Positions 19,432-28,292 of a stretch of 64,000 nucleotides of DNA are shown piece by piece. The position numbers and the translations under genes are program-made. The DNA is from Candidatus Latescibacterota bacterium (GTDB taxonomy: Bacteria; Latescibacterota; UBA2968; UBA8231). The stretch lies in the NCBI GenBank assembly GCA_965261395.1, contig OZ253462.1:4480001-4544000 (forward strand), given 5' to 3'. A model generated the notes under the pieces. It did not search any database. It was not told the origin of the DNA and saw only the letters and a list, made by a program, of their open reading frames with translations. How positions within the stretch are numbered: the stretch's first letter is position 1; every line of letters starts with the position of its first letter.

Positions 19432-20676
19432 CTAGATAACCGTCCCCGACGGAATCACCGCGTCCTTAGGCACAACCACAATCCCGTCGCGGATGTGGTA
19501 ATTTGCCTCATCGGCCTCGACACCCCGGTCCTTGTTGGTGATGCAAACCCGCTCGCCGATGCGCGCGTTTTTGTCGATGATCGCGCCGGTAATCGTGCTG
19601 TTCGCGCCAATCCCCATATCTGGAATTCCTTGGGCGGCATTGCGCGCCCGATCGGCCGGCGACTCGTAGAAATCAGCACCCATGACGATCGTATTGGCGA
19701 TCCGGCAGTCGGCACCGATCATTGAGCGAATGCCGATTACTGAGCGTTCGAGCCGCGCCGAGCGAATAACGACCCCCTCGCAGACGATCCCACGCTCGAT
19801 GTGGCAATCTTCCAGTCTGGTCCCAGCCAAAAAGCGCGCGTGAGTATAAATCGGCGCGTCGGCATAGTAGAATTCAAAGGGCGGCTGCGGATCGGTCAGC
19901 GCTAGGTTGGCCTCGTAAAAGGAGCGTATGGTGCCGATGTCCTCCCAATAGCCTTCAAAGGGATGGGCGAACACCCCTATCTTGTGGATAGCGTCGGGGA
20001 TGATGTGCTTGCCAAAGTCATCTTGGTCATTGCTCATCAGCAGGCTAACCAGAACCTGCGGCTCGAAAATGTAGATGCCCATCGAGGCTAAAAAGCGTCC
20101 GTCGGGCAAGCACAATTCGTCTAGTTCGGCGTCGGTCTGTGGCTTTTCGCGGAAGTTGCGGATCCGCCCTTGGGCGTCGGCGTGCAAAATCCCCAGTGCC
20201 GGTGCTTCCTCGCGCGTCACCGGCTTGACGGCAATCGACACATCAGCCCCGCGCTCCCGGTGCTGCTCCACAAAGGCGCGGTAGTCCATGCGATAGAGGT
20301 GGTCCCCCGACAAGATCAGCACCTGCTCGGCCTTGCGCGAAAGCACCTGCCGGAGCTGTTGGCGCACCGCATCGGCTGTGCCCTGGTACCAGTCGGCGCT
20401 GTCTCGGGTCTGCTCGGCAGCCAAGATTTCGACAAAGCCATCGGAAAAGGAATCAAAGCGGTACGTCGTGCTGATGTGGCGGTGCAGCGAAGCGGAATTG
20501 AATTGGGTCAAGGCGAAGATACGGTTGACCCCGGAATGCAGACAATTGCTGATGGGAATGTCGATTAAACGGTACTTGCCGCCAATCGGCACGGCCGGCT
20601 TGGAGCGAAGCTGCGTCAACGGGAAGAGCCGCGCGCCCTGCCCGCCTCCGAGGATGACTCCAATGACGTTCCTCAT
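19432..20676 (-). CDS. glgC: Glucose-1-phosphate adenylyltransferase
   Basis: 'ILGGGQGARLFPLT..RSKPAVP', 'WYQGTADAVRQ', 'LSGDHLYRMDY', 'YWEDIGTI'. Confidence 0.95.
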   Translation of the reverse strand: MRNVIGVILGGGQGARLFPLTQLRSKPAVPIGGKYRLIDIPISNCLHSGVNRIFALTQFNSASLHRHISTTYRFDSFSDGFVEILAAEQTRDSADWYQGTADAVRQQLRQVLSRKAEQVLILSGDHLYRMDYRAFVEQHRERGADVSIAVKPVTREEAPALGILHADAQGRIRNFREKPQTDAELDELCLPDGRFLASMGIYIFEPQVLVSLLMSNDQDDFGKHIIPDAIHKIGVFAHPFEGYWEDIGTIRSFYEANLALTDPQPPFEFYYADAPIYTHARFLAGTRLEDCHIERGIVCEGVVIRSARLERSVIGIRSMIGADCRIANTIVMGADFYESPADRARNAAQGIPDMGIGANSTITGAIIDKNARIGERVCITNKDRGVEADEANYHIRDGIVVVPKDAVIPSGTVI

Positions 20677-20850
20677 AACTGAAAACTCCCGATTGCTAAA
20701 GTTCGGCGTGGCTCCTCTAAGCGGCCTTATACTCATAGATTTTTCCCAACTTAACAAGCACGAGCCACAGACTGCGCACATTGGTCTGCCGCACAAAATG
20801 GCATATGTTCTGGTCTAACTTGCTGGTCAACAGCGAAGCGGGAATGCGAC

Positions 20851-21579
20851 ATGACGGGAAAATTACAGCACAAGACCGCGTTGATCACCGGCGCCGGCCG
20901 GGGCATCGGTCGGGCCATCGCCGAGTGTTTTGCCCGCGAGGGAGCGCGGGTGGCCATCGCCGATATCGACTCGAGCACCGCCCGCGCCACGGCCGCCGAA
21001 TTCGGCGCGTTGGGATTGGAAATGGACGTGTCGTCCAAAGCCTCGGTCCTCGCCGGCACGAGCCGCGTGCTCGACGAATTCGGCCAGCTCGACATCCTTG
21101 TCAACAATGCCGGCTATTTGGTCTATACGACCTTTGAATCGTGCAGCGAAGAGAACTGGGACCGCATCGTCGATGTCAACATGAAGGGCCCCTTCCTCTG
21201 CGCCCAAGCGGTCATCCCCCATATGAAGGCGCGCCGCCAAGGGGCTATCATCAACATGACTTCCCTAGCGGCCAAGACCGGCGGCCTAGCCGCTGGGCCT
21301 CCCTACGCAGCGGCCAAAGCCGGCGTCCTGACCTTAACCATTGGCCTAGCGCGCGCCCTAGCCCCCGACCAAATCCGCGTCAACGCCATCGCGCCCGGCG
21401 TCATCGACACCGCCATGACCTCCGCCCCCGAACACGACCAGCTCAAGGCCTCCATCCCCCTCGGCCGCCCCGGCCAGCCCGAAGACGTAGCTAACTGCGC
21501 GCTCTTTCTGGCTTCGGACGACGCGCGGCACATCACCGGCGAGACCATCGATGTCAACGGGGGGTTGTACATGGATTGA
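20851..21579 (+). CDS. SDR family oxidoreductase
   Basis: 'TGAGRGIG', 'NNAG', 'YAAAKAG', 'NAIAPG'. Confidence 0.92.
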   Translation: MTGKLQHKTALITGAGRGIGRAIAECFAREGARVAIADIDSSTARATAAEFGALGLEMDVSSKASVLAGTSRVLDEFGQLDILVNNAGYLVYTTFESCSEENWDRIVDVNMKGPFLCAQAVIPHMKARRQGAIINMTSLAAKTGGLAAGPPYAAAKAGVLTLTIGLARALAPDQIRVNAIAPGVIDTAMTSAPEHDQLKASIPLGRPGQPEDVANCALFLASDDARHITGETIDVNGGLYMD

Positions 21580-21650
21580 TTGCGCAGGTGCAAACCACAC
21601 CCCAGGCACCGGCGTTGACCACACAATAAGAGCTTTTGTTGGGTAAAATT

Positions 21651-22427
21651 TCAGTCGCGCCCAGCGGCCAAGTCGCGCAATAAGGCGGCGTAGCCCGCCT
21701 CCCCTTCTCGTTCCCAGATCTCCAGTAGCACCGATCCGACGATGCCGATTTCGGCTTGGCCCTGTAGCTGGCGCATATCTTCCCCGCTGCGGAGGCCGAA
21801 GCCGACCCCCAGCGGCAGGTCCGTCGCCTTGCGGCAACGCGCGATAAAGTGATAGAGTTCATCGTCTAAGTCGGTCTGGCGGCCGGTTACGCCCTTGCGC
21901 GCCACCGCATAGACAAACCCTTTGGCTTGGGCACCGATCTGCTGCAGTCGCTGGTTGGTGTTGGTCGGAGTCATCAGCACAATCGGCGCTTGCTCCCACT
22001 CCGCGCTTGCTGCCCGCAGATCGCCGTACTCTTCGACCGGCAAGTCGGGCAGGATAAAGCCGCAGGCCCCGTTTGCTGCCAAGCGGCGACAGAACGGGCC
22101 ATGCCCTAAGCGGAACGCCGTGTTGTAGTAGCCCATCAGCAAATGCGGAAAGGGAAAAGACGCGGTCGAACGCTGCATCAGGTCGAAGTACTGGTCGAGG
22201 GTCAGGCCGTTTTCGAGGGCCTGTTGGTTAGCTCGCGCAAAGGTCGGCCCGTCGGCGATTGGCTCGCTAAAGGGCATCTGTAGCTCGACCAGATCAATAC
22301 CGACATCGGCCATGATCTCCAGCATCCGCCAGTTGGCCTCTAGCGAGGGGAAACCGGCGATCAGGTGCGTCATTAGCAGAACTTTGCGCTCTGTGAGCTG
22401 CTCTTCGATATGGGCTTGCAGATTCAC
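21651..22427 (-). CDS. trpA: Tryptophan synthase alpha subunit
   Basis: 'ELQMPFSEPIADGP', 'PDLP', 'GVTG', 'GFG', 'IVGS'; overlaps trpB stop. Confidence 0.93.
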   Translation of the reverse strand: MNLQAHIEEQLTERKVLLMTHLIAGFPSLEANWRMLEIMADVGIDLVELQMPFSEPIADGPTFARANQQALENGLTLDQYFDLMQRSTASFPFPHLLMGYYNTAFRLGHGPFCRRLAANGACGFILPDLPVEEYGDLRAASAEWEQAPIVLMTPTNTNQRLQQIGAQAKGFVYAVARKGVTGRQTDLDDELYHFIARCRKATDLPLGVGFGLRSGEDMRQLQGQAEIGIVGSVLLEIWEREGEAGYAALLRDLAAGRD

Positions 22428-23674
22428 GACTGGGCGGCCTTTTCCACGAGGAAGCGCTGCCAGTTTTCGTCCTCGAGCGCGCTGGCAATCGTGAAAATGT
22501 CCTTGTCGCCGCGACCCGACAGGCCGATCAGCACGGTTTGGTCAGGCGTCATTTCACCCACTTCGCGCAGGGCACCAGCCAAGGCGTGAGTACTTTCGAG
22601 CGCGCCGATGATCCCCTCGCTGCGCATCATCCGCTTGAGGGCTGCGATCACTTCCCGGTCGGTCGCGGCCTCAACGCGCACCCGGCCCATCTCGGTCAAG
22701 TGGGCGAGGATCGGGCTGACGCCGATGTAGTCTAACCCCGCCGCCACTGAGTGAGTGTGCCGCATTTGGCCTTCGGCGTCTTGGAAGAAGAAGGTCTTGT
22801 AGCCTTGGGCGACCCCGGGCGTACCGACGCGACCGGCTAGGCGAGAGGCATGCTCGCCCGTCTCCAGACCCCGGCCTCCAGCCTCGACCCCGACCAATTC
22901 GACGGCTGCGTCGTCGAGGAACCCCAAGAACAGGCCCGTGGCATTGGAGCCGCCGCCAACGCAGGCGTACACCCTATCGGGCAGGCACCCCACTGAGTCC
23001 AACATCTGCTGGCGGCTCTCCTCGCCGATAATCCGCTGGAAATAGGCGACGATTTGCGGGAAGGGATGCGGGCCGCAAGCCGTGCCAAGCACATAGTGCG
23101 TGTCGGCCATGGAATAGGCCCAATCGCGGAGGCTCTCGTTGATGGCATCCTTGAGCGTGGCCGAGCCATCGGTCACAGACACCACCTCGGCACCCAGTTG
23201 CTCCATCCAAAACACGTTGGGGCGCTGGCGCTCGACATCGACGGCCCCCATGTAGATGGTGCATTCCAGCCCCAAGCGAGCGGCCATCGTCGCCGTGGCC
23301 ACGCCGTGCTGACCGGCCCCGGTCTCGGCGATGACTCGACTTTTGCCCATCCGGCGCACCAACAAGCCCTGGCCCATGACGTTGTTGACCTTGTGGGCAC
23401 CCGTGTGGTTGAGGTCCTCGCGCTTGAGAAAGATCCGCGCCCCGCCGACTTCGCGGGAGAGATTTTCGAGCAAGGTAATCGGGGTCGGCCGGCAGGAATA
23501 CGTCCGCATCACCTGCTCAAACTCCGCCCAAAAGGAGGGGTCGCGGCGTGCGTCCTCAAAAATTTGGATTAGTTCGTCGAGGGTCGTGCGTAGAATTTCG
23601 GGGATAAAGGCCCCACCGTACTCCCCGTAGTACCCAGGGCGCTGGTGGTTAAAAATGGCGTCGGCCAGCCCCAT
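22424..23674 (-). CDS. trpB: Tryptophan synthase beta subunit
   Basis: 'KREDLNHTGAHK', 'AETGAGQHG', 'CVGGGSNA', 'LSGRGDKD'. Confidence 0.96.
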   Translation of the reverse strand: MGLADAIFNHQRPGYYGEYGGAFIPEILRTTLDELIQIFEDARRDPSFWAEFEQVMRTYSCRPTPITLLENLSREVGGARIFLKREDLNHTGAHKVNNVMGQGLLVRRMGKSRVIAETGAGQHGVATATMAARLGLECTIYMGAVDVERQRPNVFWMEQLGAEVVSVTDGSATLKDAINESLRDWAYSMADTHYVLGTACGPHPFPQIVAYFQRIIGEESRQQMLDSVGCLPDRVYACVGGGSNATGLFLGFLDDAAVELVGVEAGGRGLETGEHASRLAGRVGTPGVAQGYKTFFFQDAEGQMRHTHSVAAGLDYIGVSPILAHLTEMGRVRVEAATDREVIAALKRMMRSEGIIGALESTHALAGALREVGEMTPDQTVLIGLSGRGDKDIFTIASALEDENWQRFLVEKAAQS

Positions 23675-23675
23675 C

Positions 23676-24920
23676 TCAGTCGGTCAGATTGGCGCGGCGG
23701 AGCGCGTCGAGCATGGCGCTGCTGCCCTGCGCCGCTTCCTGCTCCTGCTGCTGCCGCTGGCGGAACTCGGCGAGATGGGCCTCGGATTCGAGGGCATCGA
23801 CTTGGTTGATCGACAGGCGCAGGCGCTGGCGACGGACATCCACTTCGAGCACCACCACCTTGACCTCTTCCTCGAGCGAGAGAACCTCGCGCGGGTGGCC
23901 GATGCGGCGGTCGGCGATCTCCGAGACGTGCACTAGTCCACGCACGCCTTCAGCCAGCTCGACGAACGCGCCAAAATCCTCCAGCCCTTCGACCTTGCCC
24001 GTAGCGACCGTGCCGACCGCGAACTGCTCTTTGATCTCTTGCCAAGGGTCCTTTTCCAGCGCCTTGATCGAAAGCGATATCCGCTCCTTGCGCCGCTGGC
24101 CCAAGTCCTTGGTGCGCAAGACCGCGACTTGGATCTGCTGCCCCACCGCGAGGACCTCCTGCGGATGACCGACGCGCCGATGGCTGATTTCCGAGACGTG
24201 TACCAAGCCCTCTACCCCGGAACCTAAATCGACGAACGCCCCAAAAGACTCCAGCCGCGTCACCTTGCCCGCCAGTTGCGTGCCATTCTTTAGCTGACTG
24301 CGCACCAAGCCGGCGGACTTGTCCTGCTCGGCTTCGAGCAAGGCCCGGCGCGACAGGACGATAACGCGGCCCTGGTGGCGAAACTCGATAATCTTAAAGG
24401 TCAAGGTCTGGCCGCGGTACTCTTCGGCGTTTTCCACGTACTGGGTATCGACGTGCGAAATCGGGCAAAAACCGCGCACATCGCCCTCGATGGTCACGCC
24501 CAATCCCCCTTTGTTGACCGCGTCAACCCGGCCCTCAATCGGCAGCCCGGCCTTGTACGCTTGGTAGAGCAAGTCGGCCTGGGCGTCTTGGCGACTCAAC
24601 CCATGGCTGAGTTGGACCTCGTCGCCGACGGTCACTACAAACGCCGCGATCGGGTCGCCGACCTTGTAGCGCATTTCCCCATCCGGGCCTTTGAGCTCGC
24701 TGGTGCGGATTATGGCCTCGTCCCGACTGCCGTACTCGACAAAGCTGTTTTCGTCCTCGATTTTGACGATCACGCCGCTGACCTCATCGCCGACTGCGAC
24801 CTCATTAGTGGTCGGGGCTGTTGGCGCTCCTTCGGCGTCGAGCATCTGGGCAAAGTCCTCGCCCTGTGCATCGGGGCCTGCGGCCGGGGTTAGTTCGTCC
24901 TTTGAATCTGCCTCTGCCAT
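23676..24920 (-). CDS. S1 RNA-binding domain protein (four-S1-domain ribosomal protein S1-like)
   Basis: Repeated 'FGAFVDL..GVEGLVHVSEI', 'ISLSIK'. Confidence 0.85.
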   Translation of the reverse strand: MAEADSKDELTPAAGPDAQGEDFAQMLDAEGAPTAPTTNEVAVGDEVSGVIVKIEDENSFVEYGSRDEAIIRTSELKGPDGEMRYKVGDPIAAFVVTVGDEVQLSHGLSRQDAQADLLYQAYKAGLPIEGRVDAVNKGGLGVTIEGDVRGFCPISHVDTQYVENAEEYRGQTLTFKIIEFRHQGRVIVLSRRALLEAEQDKSAGLVRSQLKNGTQLAGKVTRLESFGAFVDLGSGVEGLVHVSEISHRRVGHPQEVLAVGQQIQVAVLRTKDLGQRRKERISLSIKALEKDPWQEIKEQFAVGTVATGKVEGLEDFGAFVELAEGVRGLVHVSEIADRRIGHPREVLSLEEEVKVVVLEVDVRRQRLRLSINQVDALESEAHLAEFRQRQQQEQEAAQGSSAMLDALRRANLTD

Positions 24921-24940
24921 CGCCTACCTCCTTTGCTACT

Positions 24941-25912
24941 TCAATCCGGTATGAGGACGACCTTGCCGGTCGTCTTGCGCCCCTGCAAGGCGCGGTGGGC
25001 TGCAGCCGCGTCCGACAAGGCAAATTGCTCGCTGATGCGCAGCGCCAATTCGCCGCTGGCGATCCATTCCAACACCGCGCCGGCGCGTTCCAATAGCTCC
25101 TCGCGGGTTTGGATATAGTGCAGCATGGTCGGCCGAGTCAAAAAGAGCGACCCTTTGGTGCTGAGAATACCGGGGTCAAAGGGCGGGACTGGGCCGCTCG
25201 ACTGACCAAACAAAACCAAGTAGCCCAAGGGCCTGAGCACGTTCAAGCTCTTGTCAAAAGTCGCCTGGCCTACCGAATCGTACACTACATTGACCCCGCG
25301 TCCTTCGGTGAGTGCCATGACATCCTGTTCAAAGTCTCGCTCGGTATAGCGGATGACCTCGTCGGCCCCAGCGCCTCGCGCCAACTGCTCCTTTTCTGCG
25401 GTCGAGACCGTACAAAACACTCGCGCCCCGCACCGCTTGGCCATCTGAATTAGGAGCAGCCCCACGCCGCCAGCCCCAGCGTGGATCAGGGCCGTGTCTT
25501 CGCGGCCCAAAGAATAGGACCCATGGGCGAGGTAATGCGCCGTCATGCCTTGTAGCAAAGCGGCGGCTCCCACCTTATAGGAGGCTGTGTCAGGCAGAGG
25601 GACCAAGCGGTCGGCGGGCACGGCAGCCTCTGCGGCATACGACCCCATCGCCCCAGCATAGGCCACGCGATCACCCACTTGCACGCCCTCTACGCCCTCG
25701 CCGACGCGAGCGACGACTCCGGCGGCTTCCATGCCGGGGATGCAGGGCAACTCGACTGGGTACAGCCCTTCGCGGTGATAGGTGTCGATATAATTTAAAC
25801 CGATGGCTTTGATTTCGACTACGGCTTCGCCCGGCCCGGCTGTGGGCGCGGGTACGTCCTCATAAGTGAGGACCTCAGGACCTCCGCACTGGTGGAAACG
25901 CACTGCTTTCAT
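24941..25912 (-). CDS. qor: NADPH:quinone oxidoreductase (MDR family)
   Basis: 'GGPEVL', 'GLNYID', 'GMTAHYL', 'AGAGGVG', 'KGSLFLTRP', 'TTGKVVL'. Confidence 0.9.
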   Translation of the reverse strand: MKAVRFHQCGGPEVLTYEDVPAPTAGPGEAVVEIKAIGLNYIDTYHREGLYPVELPCIPGMEAAGVVARVGEGVEGVQVGDRVAYAGAMGSYAAEAAVPADRLVPLPDTASYKVGAAALLQGMTAHYLAHGSYSLGREDTALIHAGAGGVGLLLIQMAKRCGARVFCTVSTAEKEQLARGAGADEVIRYTERDFEQDVMALTEGRGVNVVYDSVGQATFDKSLNVLRPLGYLVLFGQSSGPVPPFDPGILSTKGSLFLTRPTMLHYIQTREELLERAGAVLEWIASGELALRISEQFALSDAAAAHRALQGRKTTGKVVLIPD

Positions 25913-26070
25913 CGTGGACCTTCGCGTGGGATGGGGGGCCGCTGGCGCGGCATCTTATCATTCAGTGATAAGCTTTTTAAGATAATCACAAAGCTCCCTC
26001 AAGACAAATTTGTAAAAATGGCGATTCGTGCATTTTTTATGATGTGAACTTGTATTCGCAAAGGAACGCC

Positions 26071-27423
26071 ATGAAAGTAGCTAAATTCGGCGGCACGTCC
26101 CTCTCGTCAGCCGAGCAAATAAAAAAAATCTGCGCCATTGTCACTGCCGATCCAGCGCGCCGACTCGTCGTGGTCTCGGCCCCGGGCAAACGCGACCGGA
26201 CGGACACCAAAGTCACCGACCTCCTCATCGAGGTGGTCCGCGCTCAGCTAACCAATCAAGACGGCCATATCGCACTGACGCGCGTCATCGACCGCTATGC
26301 CGCCATCATCGGCGACCTCGGCTTGCCGGACACCGCGCTCGCGCCCATTGTCGCCGACTTTGAGCGGCGGCTAGCCATGAGCACGAGCGACGAAGCGCTC
26401 TATGCGGACGCCATGAAGGCCGGTGGCGAGGACAACTGCGCCCGCCTAGTCGCCGAATACCTACGCCACAGCGGAACCGAGGCCCACTATCTCGACCCAG
26501 GCGAGGGCGGCCTAATTCTCTCGGAAGAGCCGGGCAACGCCCGCGTCTTGCAGGCGTCCTATGGCAAGCTGCGCCAGCTCAAGGACCGCCCGGGCATCAC
26601 CATTTTCCCCGGTTTTTTCGGCTATTCACCCACCGGCCGAGTCGTCACCTTCTCACGCGGTGGCTCGGACATAACCGGCGCGATCCTCGCCGCGGCTGTC
26701 GATGCGACCGTGTACGAAAACTTCACGGACGTGGACTCGGTCTTTGTGGCCAATCCCGCGCTCGTAGCCAACCCGGTCGCCGTCGCCGAGATTACCTACC
26801 GCGAGATGCGCGAGCTGTCCTACGCGGGGTTTTCCGTGTTTCACGACGAGGCCCTAGAACCCGTGTTCCACGCCGGGATTCCGGTCGTCGTCAAAAACAC
26901 CAACAACCCGCAGGCACCCGGCACCCGCATCGTCCCCGAGCGCGCGGTCGGCGACCATCCCGTCGTCGGCATCGCCGCCACCGACGGGTTTTGTAGCGTG
27001 TACATCAGCAAGTACCTGATGAACCGAGAAGTGGGCTTTGGCCGCCGCTTGCTGGCCATTTTTGAGGACGAGAGCATCCCCTTTGAGCACACGCCTTCGG
27101 GCATTGACAATATGTCGGTGATCGTGCGCGAGTCGTATTTCAACCACGCGGCCGAAGAGCGGGTTCTGCGCCGGATTCGCACCGAGCTAGAAGTAGATGA
27201 GCTGTCGGTCGCCCGTGGCCTCGCCTTGGTGATGGTCGTCGGCGAGGGCATGCACCACACCATTGGCCTAGCAGGCCGCGCTTGCCGTGCCTTTGCCCGC
27301 GCCACTGTCAACATAGAGATGATCAATCAGGGGTCGAGCGAGGTCAGCATGATGTTTGGGATCGCGGCTGCGGACATTCCCGCGGCCGTGCGCTCGCTCT
27401 ACGGAGAGTTTTTTGGCGATTGA
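26071..27423 (+). CDS. lysC: Aspartate kinase
   Basis: 'KFGGTS', 'VVVSAPG', 'TFSRGGSDITG', 'ENFTDV', two ACT domains. Confidence 0.92.
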   Translation: MKVAKFGGTSLSSAEQIKKICAIVTADPARRLVVVSAPGKRDRTDTKVTDLLIEVVRAQLTNQDGHIALTRVIDRYAAIIGDLGLPDTALAPIVADFERRLAMSTSDEALYADAMKAGGEDNCARLVAEYLRHSGTEAHYLDPGEGGLILSEEPGNARVLQASYGKLRQLKDRPGITIFPGFFGYSPTGRVVTFSRGGSDITGAILAAAVDATVYENFTDVDSVFVANPALVANPVAVAEITYREMRELSYAGFSVFHDEALEPVFHAGIPVVVKNTNNPQAPGTRIVPERAVGDHPVVGIAATDGFCSVYISKYLMNREVGFGRRLLAIFEDESIPFEHTPSGIDNMSVIVRESYFNHAAEERVLRRIRTELEVDELSVARGLALVMVVGEGMHHTIGLAGRACRAFARATVNIEMINQGSSEVSMMFGIAAADIPAAVRSLYGEFFGD

Positions 27424-27428
27424 TTGGG

Positions 27429-28259
27429 CTACGCCGCCCAAATCACCAACCGCAACTCGCTATCGTCAATCAGACTGTACTCGGGCAGGCGACCCGAGAG
27501 TTGCTGGCACTCTGCGAGGATAATCGGCACGCCATCGCCGCGTCGGTCCATCAAGTGCGTCCGTCCAAGACCGGCTGGTGCGGGACAACGCGCCAACAGC
27601 GACACGATAAGTTCATTGCGGTTGGATTGCCGCAGATGCAGGCTGTCCGGCGAGAGCGTATTCGCTAGGGCACCGGGGACGTATAACTCAAGGCGATCCC
27701 CGAACATGTGCAGACGCACCCGCGAACCCCCCATCGAATAATCCCGATGCGCCACGGCGTTGACGAGCGCCTCAAACACGGCCCGTTCGCTGAACTGCGG
27801 CCGATCAACCCGGGCCGTTATTTTGGTTGCTCGGATCAGCATGTTCCGCCGCACGAAGTGCAATGCTTCTGCCACCTGCTCGTCGAGCGGCCCTTCAATA
27901 TCGCGGGCGTCGGTCTGATAGTTGACATCCGTCCGCTCCCCTGCATAGCTGACGGCTTGTATGTATGCGTGGGGCATCCATTGTTGCGGCTCCCGCGTAC
28001 ACAGTAGGACGACGACGAGAGTGAGGCGCACGACGTCTTCCTCATCGGCAGCGACGATGCGGAGCTTGTGCAACGTGTCCTCGGTCAGCTCGGCGTCTTC
28101 GCGGAGAAACCGGCGCGTCAGTTCATCGTCGAGGTGCTCTGGCAAGGTGCGGGGAACAACCGATTCGTCGAAGGGGTCGCCGGACGGCAAGACGCGCTTG
28201 AGTTCCAATGTCGGGTCCTCGCCGAGGCGGATGCGACGGGATAGGTCAGCAACAGCCAT
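27429..28259 (-). pseudogene. AlbA_2 + HATPase_c_4 protein with in-frame loss of most of the AlbA_2 domain
   Basis: 'RLGEDPTLELKRV' jumps directly to 'FDESVVP'; C-terminal 'EALVNAVAHRDYS', 'RNELIV', 'RRGDGV' retained; 276 aa vs 431 aa for the paralogue at 15932. Confidence 0.7.
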
Positions 28260-28292
28260 CTGTTTCGTTTTCCTTTTTCAAGGCCCTTACCA

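Noticed and set aside
25913-26070. Possible lysine riboswitch upstream of lysC
   Set aside because: The gap is short, shared with a divergent promoter, and shows no L-box stems or terminator
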